Below are positions 59,890-64,000 of a stretch of 64,000 bases of DNA, piece after piece. Under the pieces are notes generated by a model, which worked only from the letters and a program-made list of their open reading frames with translations, had not been told where the DNA came from and did not search any database. Numbering within the stretch: position 1 is the stretch's first letter; each line of letters opens with the position of its first letter. The stretch is from Squalus acanthias. Its lineage: Eukaryota. Made by a program: the position numbers and the translations under genes. The stretch lies in the NCBI GenBank assembly GCA_030390025.1, contig CM059433.1, forward strand, positions 2,914,001 to 2,978,000, written 5' to 3'.

Positions 59890-60528
59890 CCAAGCACTAG
59901 GGTTTATTTCTAGAGGGATAGAATTGAAAAGTAGGGAAGTTATGCTAAACCTGTATCGAACCTTGGTTAGACCACATTTGGAGTACTGCGTACAGTTCTG
60001 GTCACCATATTATAAAAAGGATATAGAGGCACTGGAGAGGGTGCAGAGAAGATTTACAAGGATGATACCAGAAATGCGAGGGTATACATATCAGGAAAGG
60101 ATGAATAGGCTGGGTCTCTTTTCTCTTGAAAAAAGAAGGCTGAGGGGTGACCTAATAGAGGTCTTTAAAATTATGAAAGGTTTTGATAGAGTGGATACAG
60201 AGAGGGTGTTTCCACTTGTGGGGAAGAGCATAACTAGAGGCCATCAATATAAGATAGTCACCAAGAAATCCAATAGGGAATTCAGAAGAAACTTCTTTAC
60301 CCAGAGAGTGGTGAGAATGTGGAACTCGCTACCACAGGGAGTGGTTGAAACGAATAATATGGATGCATTTAAGGGGAGGCTAGACAAGCATATGAGGGAG
60401 AAGGGAATAGAGGGATACGCTGATAGAGTTAGATGAGGAAAGACGGGAGGAGGCTCGAGTGGAGCATAAACGCCGGCATGGACTGGTTGGGACGAATGGC
60501 CTGTTTCTGTGCCGTATATCCGATGTAA
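59890..60528 (+). mobile_element. CR1 3' fragment inserted into an oppositely oriented CR1 (59635-59878 and 60530-60735)
   Basis: ORF 59924-60436 LYRTLVRPHLEYCVQFW. The two flanks join into one minus-strand CR1 3' end. Confidence 0.9.
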
Positions 60529-61554
60529 TCCATTTCCCCCCTGCATATTTTGTCAATTATCTTAAATCTGTGTTCTCTAGTTAACGACCCTCTTACCAGT
60601 GGAAACAGTTTCTCCATATCCACTGTATCAAAACCCCATATAATTTTGAACATGCCTATTAAATCTGCCGTTAACCTTCTCTGCCGTAAGAAGAACAATC
60701 CCAGTTTCTCTAGTCTCTCCACATAACTGAAGGCCCTATTTAATTACCGAGCATACCTCGCCATAGGATGACTCCACCAGTTGGAGGTGGGGAGCTCCTT
60801 GGGGCCTCTCTGCAATTCAATCAGGGCAGTTATTGAGCATTGGAGTGTGCATTCTCAGTCCCGGCACCAGGCAATGCCGTCCAGCAGCTGCCGTCACAAG
60901 TCTGACCGCTGTACAATCAACCAAAACTAAAATGGCTGAAACAAGCAGAAAAAAAGTGTTAAAAACTAAATACTGGAAACCCGACCCTGATATATCAGAG
61001 CTGGTACTCATTTGATGTTGCCACAGGGTGTAAAATGGAAAAGTGTTGTGTGCACCAACACTGATACCTTGATGAGTACAAATTAAGATATTCTGCTCCT
61101 CTGGAATGCTGTAAAATAATTATATTCTACACACAGTTGTTTCTGCACGGCTTTGCCTTCTTGAATAAAGTGTGTAAATAATTGTTATGCTATTACCAAC
61201 ACACAATCTCAGAACGAAAAAGAAAATTGGAAAAACTGAGATCTTTCACACCTAATTTTGTCCACTGGGTCGGCCTAATTATCTATGTTGGCACCTCGTA
61301 AACTGCAAACAAAATCAATGTTGATGCTCACATGTGGCGTCTTTAAAGCTCCTCTACGCAGAGCGGTTTGTAAATCCATTCGATCGGTTGAAGCTTTGTA
61401 ATGAGGAATGTTTAAGAGGTTTTATTCCAGCTGGTATCAAGGGCACATAGTGACAACTGCTTATAGGAAAGCAGCAGAACTCTACAGTGCTACTCTGCGC
61501 CTCCATTCTACGCTGTGCAGTGCTTATTTCTGCTTAACTGGTAAAAAAGATATT

Positions 61555-62315
61555 GGCCCTGAAATTCGCCTCTCCAGCTTGCCGCGGGGGTAAGGATTGC
61601 GCGCGCACTTACCTACCGCGCCTGCCGTTGTGTTTTGGGCCCACGGGAACTTCAGCTCCTGGGCCTGCTCCAAGTGCCGGCGCGCAGTGCTTGCGTGTCC
61701 AGGGGCGCAGTTAGTGCGATGCGTCCCCTGGGATCACGTGGGCCATGGAGAGCCAATGGCAGCAGACTATCTTTCATTCATAGATTTCACAGGATGACCT
61801 GTCAAATCTATGAATTGAAATCGGCCCCAAAAGAACAGCTAAACTGCAAATAATTTTTTAAAAACCCATCACATTTATAAAATAACTAGTTATTTAAATT
61901 AACTACTTTAAACAAAAATTTACATTTTTGAAAAAGTTAAAATACTTTTTAACAGTGCTAAAAATAAATTTACCTTTCTTTAAAGTATCTAAAAAATATA
62001 AACCTGTTGAAAAATGTTTTAAGTTATACTTAATTAACCACTTACCTTGTTGAAAACGGGTCCTGCGCCTCCTTTTTAAAAGCGTAGGTTCTTCAATACT
62101 TACCCTCCCGTAGAAACCTGAAAAAAAACCTAAGTTAGCTGCGTGCGCGCAGCCTCTACCGCGCACGCGGTTCACCTCTGAACCGCCCCCTTCACCAGAC
62201 CGGAAGTTCCGGTTTCCCGCGCATGCGCAGTGCATGCAGGAAACTGACACTTCGGGACGTCTTACGGGTGAGTACACAGTGCGTACTCACCCGAGAAGGG
62301 CCGAATTTTTGGCCC
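61555..62315. mobile_element. Harbinger-type MITE
   Basis: GGCCCTGAAATTCG / CGAATTTTTGGCCC termini, GC-rich arms, AT-rich centre. Confidence 0.6.
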
Positions 62316-62530
62316 AATGCTGGGTAATCTGCGGGACTTTGATCCCAGTGTAAGTGCCCCGATCAGCCCACTGGGAATGTTCATGGTTCCTTGTTTCTTG
62401 GCAGGCGGTGTGCCACTATGGGCGCATCTCTGACATCTACCAGATCAGGGGCGATGGGTACTCTGGCGGAGGCCCATCACCATCTGCCATCTAAGAAGAG
62501 CCGGGAAAAAAATATTTAAGCCATGTTACG

Positions 62531-63183
62531 GTGGTTAAAAAGGCATATGGGATACTTGCCTTCATTAGCCGAGGCATAGAATATAAGAGCAGGGAGGTTA
62601 TGATGGAGCTGTACAAAACGCTAGTTAGGCCACAGCTGGAATACTGTGTGCAGTTCTGGTCGCCACACTATAGGAAGGATGTGATTGCATTGGAGAGGGT
62701 GCAGAGGAGATTCACCAGGATGTTACCTGGGCTGGAGCGCTTCAGCTATGAAGAGAGACTGGACAGGCTGGGGTTGTTTTCCTTAGAGCAGAGAAGGCTG
62801 AGGGGGGACCTGATTGAGGTGTACAAAATTATGAGGGGCATAGATAGGGTAGATAGAAAGGAACGTTTCCCCTTAGTAGAGGGGTCAATAACCAGGGGGC
62901 ATAGTTTCAAGGTAAGGGGCAGGAGGTTTAGAGGGGATTTGAGGAAAAACTTTTTCACCCAGAGGGTGGTTGGAATCTGGAACTCACTGCCTGAAAGGGT
63001 GGTAGAGGCAGGAACCCTCACAACATTCAAGAAGCATTTAGATGAGCACTTGAAACGCCATAGCATACAAGGCTACGGACCAAGTGCTGGAAAATGGGAT
63101 TAGAATAGACAGGGCTTGATGGCCGGCGCGGACACAATGGGCCGAAGGGCCTCTTTCTGTGCTGTATAACTCTATGACTCTAT
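62531..63183 (+). mobile_element. Young CR1, 5'-truncated
   Basis: Uninterrupted ORF2 C-terminus 62531-63103, CTCTATGACTCTATG tail. Near-identical to 9623-10270. Confidence 0.95.
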
Positions 63184-64000
63184 GTTGACCTGATCTCTTA
63201 TCTGCAGCTTATCCATTTCTTCATGGGTCCAAGCCAGGACACAGGCCTGGACCCTTATGTGGATTCTACTTCCATTGGCATGTCCCCAGCACCGCGCGTA
63301 CTGGCTGCCTGGTGGATCCCAGGCCGAGACCAAGGAAGCTTCTGGCTTGGAAGTCCACTACCCCATCCCGAGCCACAACCCAGCTGACACAGGGTAATAT
63401 CCAGGTATTGGTCTAATTCACAGGTCTCCTATTACACTCCCACCCAACTTACAGCGGCAGTACCTCAGAAAGCCAGTGGATATTCGAGGCCTAAGGTGGT
63501 TTACCTGATTGGGCCTTCCCTGTGAGCACTGTTACTCAGTGGAATGTCCCGATTGGGGAATCAGCCTTAATATTAATTATTTTTTTCTGGGAATCAAGCA
63601 ATGCACGAATATAGTAAAAGTATATTTATCACAAAATTAATCAGTTTTACAGTCATTTCTAAAGCAACCTTTCAATAAGAAAAGATGTGATTAGATTTAA
63701 TTAGATTTAAATTTGATGCAGTTGTTTATTGTTTGGCTGTTGTCTTATTGCCTTCTGGTTTTAGAAATGGCATCTGCTGCCTCTTCCAATGGGACAGCAG
63801 GTAAATGCGCCAGGCATGTGGTGTGATATTCAATTACACAAACAAGAAAGAGTTCAGATTGGATCACTGATCTGTGCCGAATTAGTTAATTTCAATTGGG
63901 GTAATGAAGGGGCACTTCAAGTGACCTCAGTACCTTTGGGTTAGGGAGGGGAGAGATAATCGACTAGAAACCTAACAATTATCTGATGACCTCCACTGGA

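Noticed and set aside
60952..61015. MAETSRKKVLKTKYWKPDPDISEL as a possible exon
   Set aside because: Only a weak donor (CTG|GTACTC) and no recognisable homology.
1..64000. CRISPR arrays, operons or prokaryotic defence systems
   Set aside because: No repeat-spacer structure; the content is entirely eukaryotic transposon-type.

Overview
Eukaryotic, repeat-dominated vertebrate DNA. The mix of CR1 LINEs with short tandem 3' tails, Deu-domain SINEs, Penelope ends and GC-rich Harbinger derivatives points to a cartilaginous fish (shark); this is an inference from repeat content. No host protein-coding gene can be called with confidence, and the window looks intronic or intergenic. Main contents: (1) a very young, apparently intact Gypsy LTR retrotransposon (29132-33600; 194-bp LTRs with one mismatch, CATGT TSD, one 1312-aa gag-pol ORF) that has no tRNA primer-binding site but shows an 11-nt self-priming signature; (2) a 1128-bp solo LTR with AGGC TSD; (3) Penelope-like ends carrying minimal hammerhead ribozymes; (4) several PIF/Harbinger elements (DDE transposase plus spliced Myb/SANT gene) and many derived MITEs, some nested or inverted; (5) a near full-length CR1 with esterase ORF1 plus many CR1 fragments; (6) SINEs; (7) a 2.1-kb G-rich low-complexity tract. 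Coordinates of old repeats are approximate.
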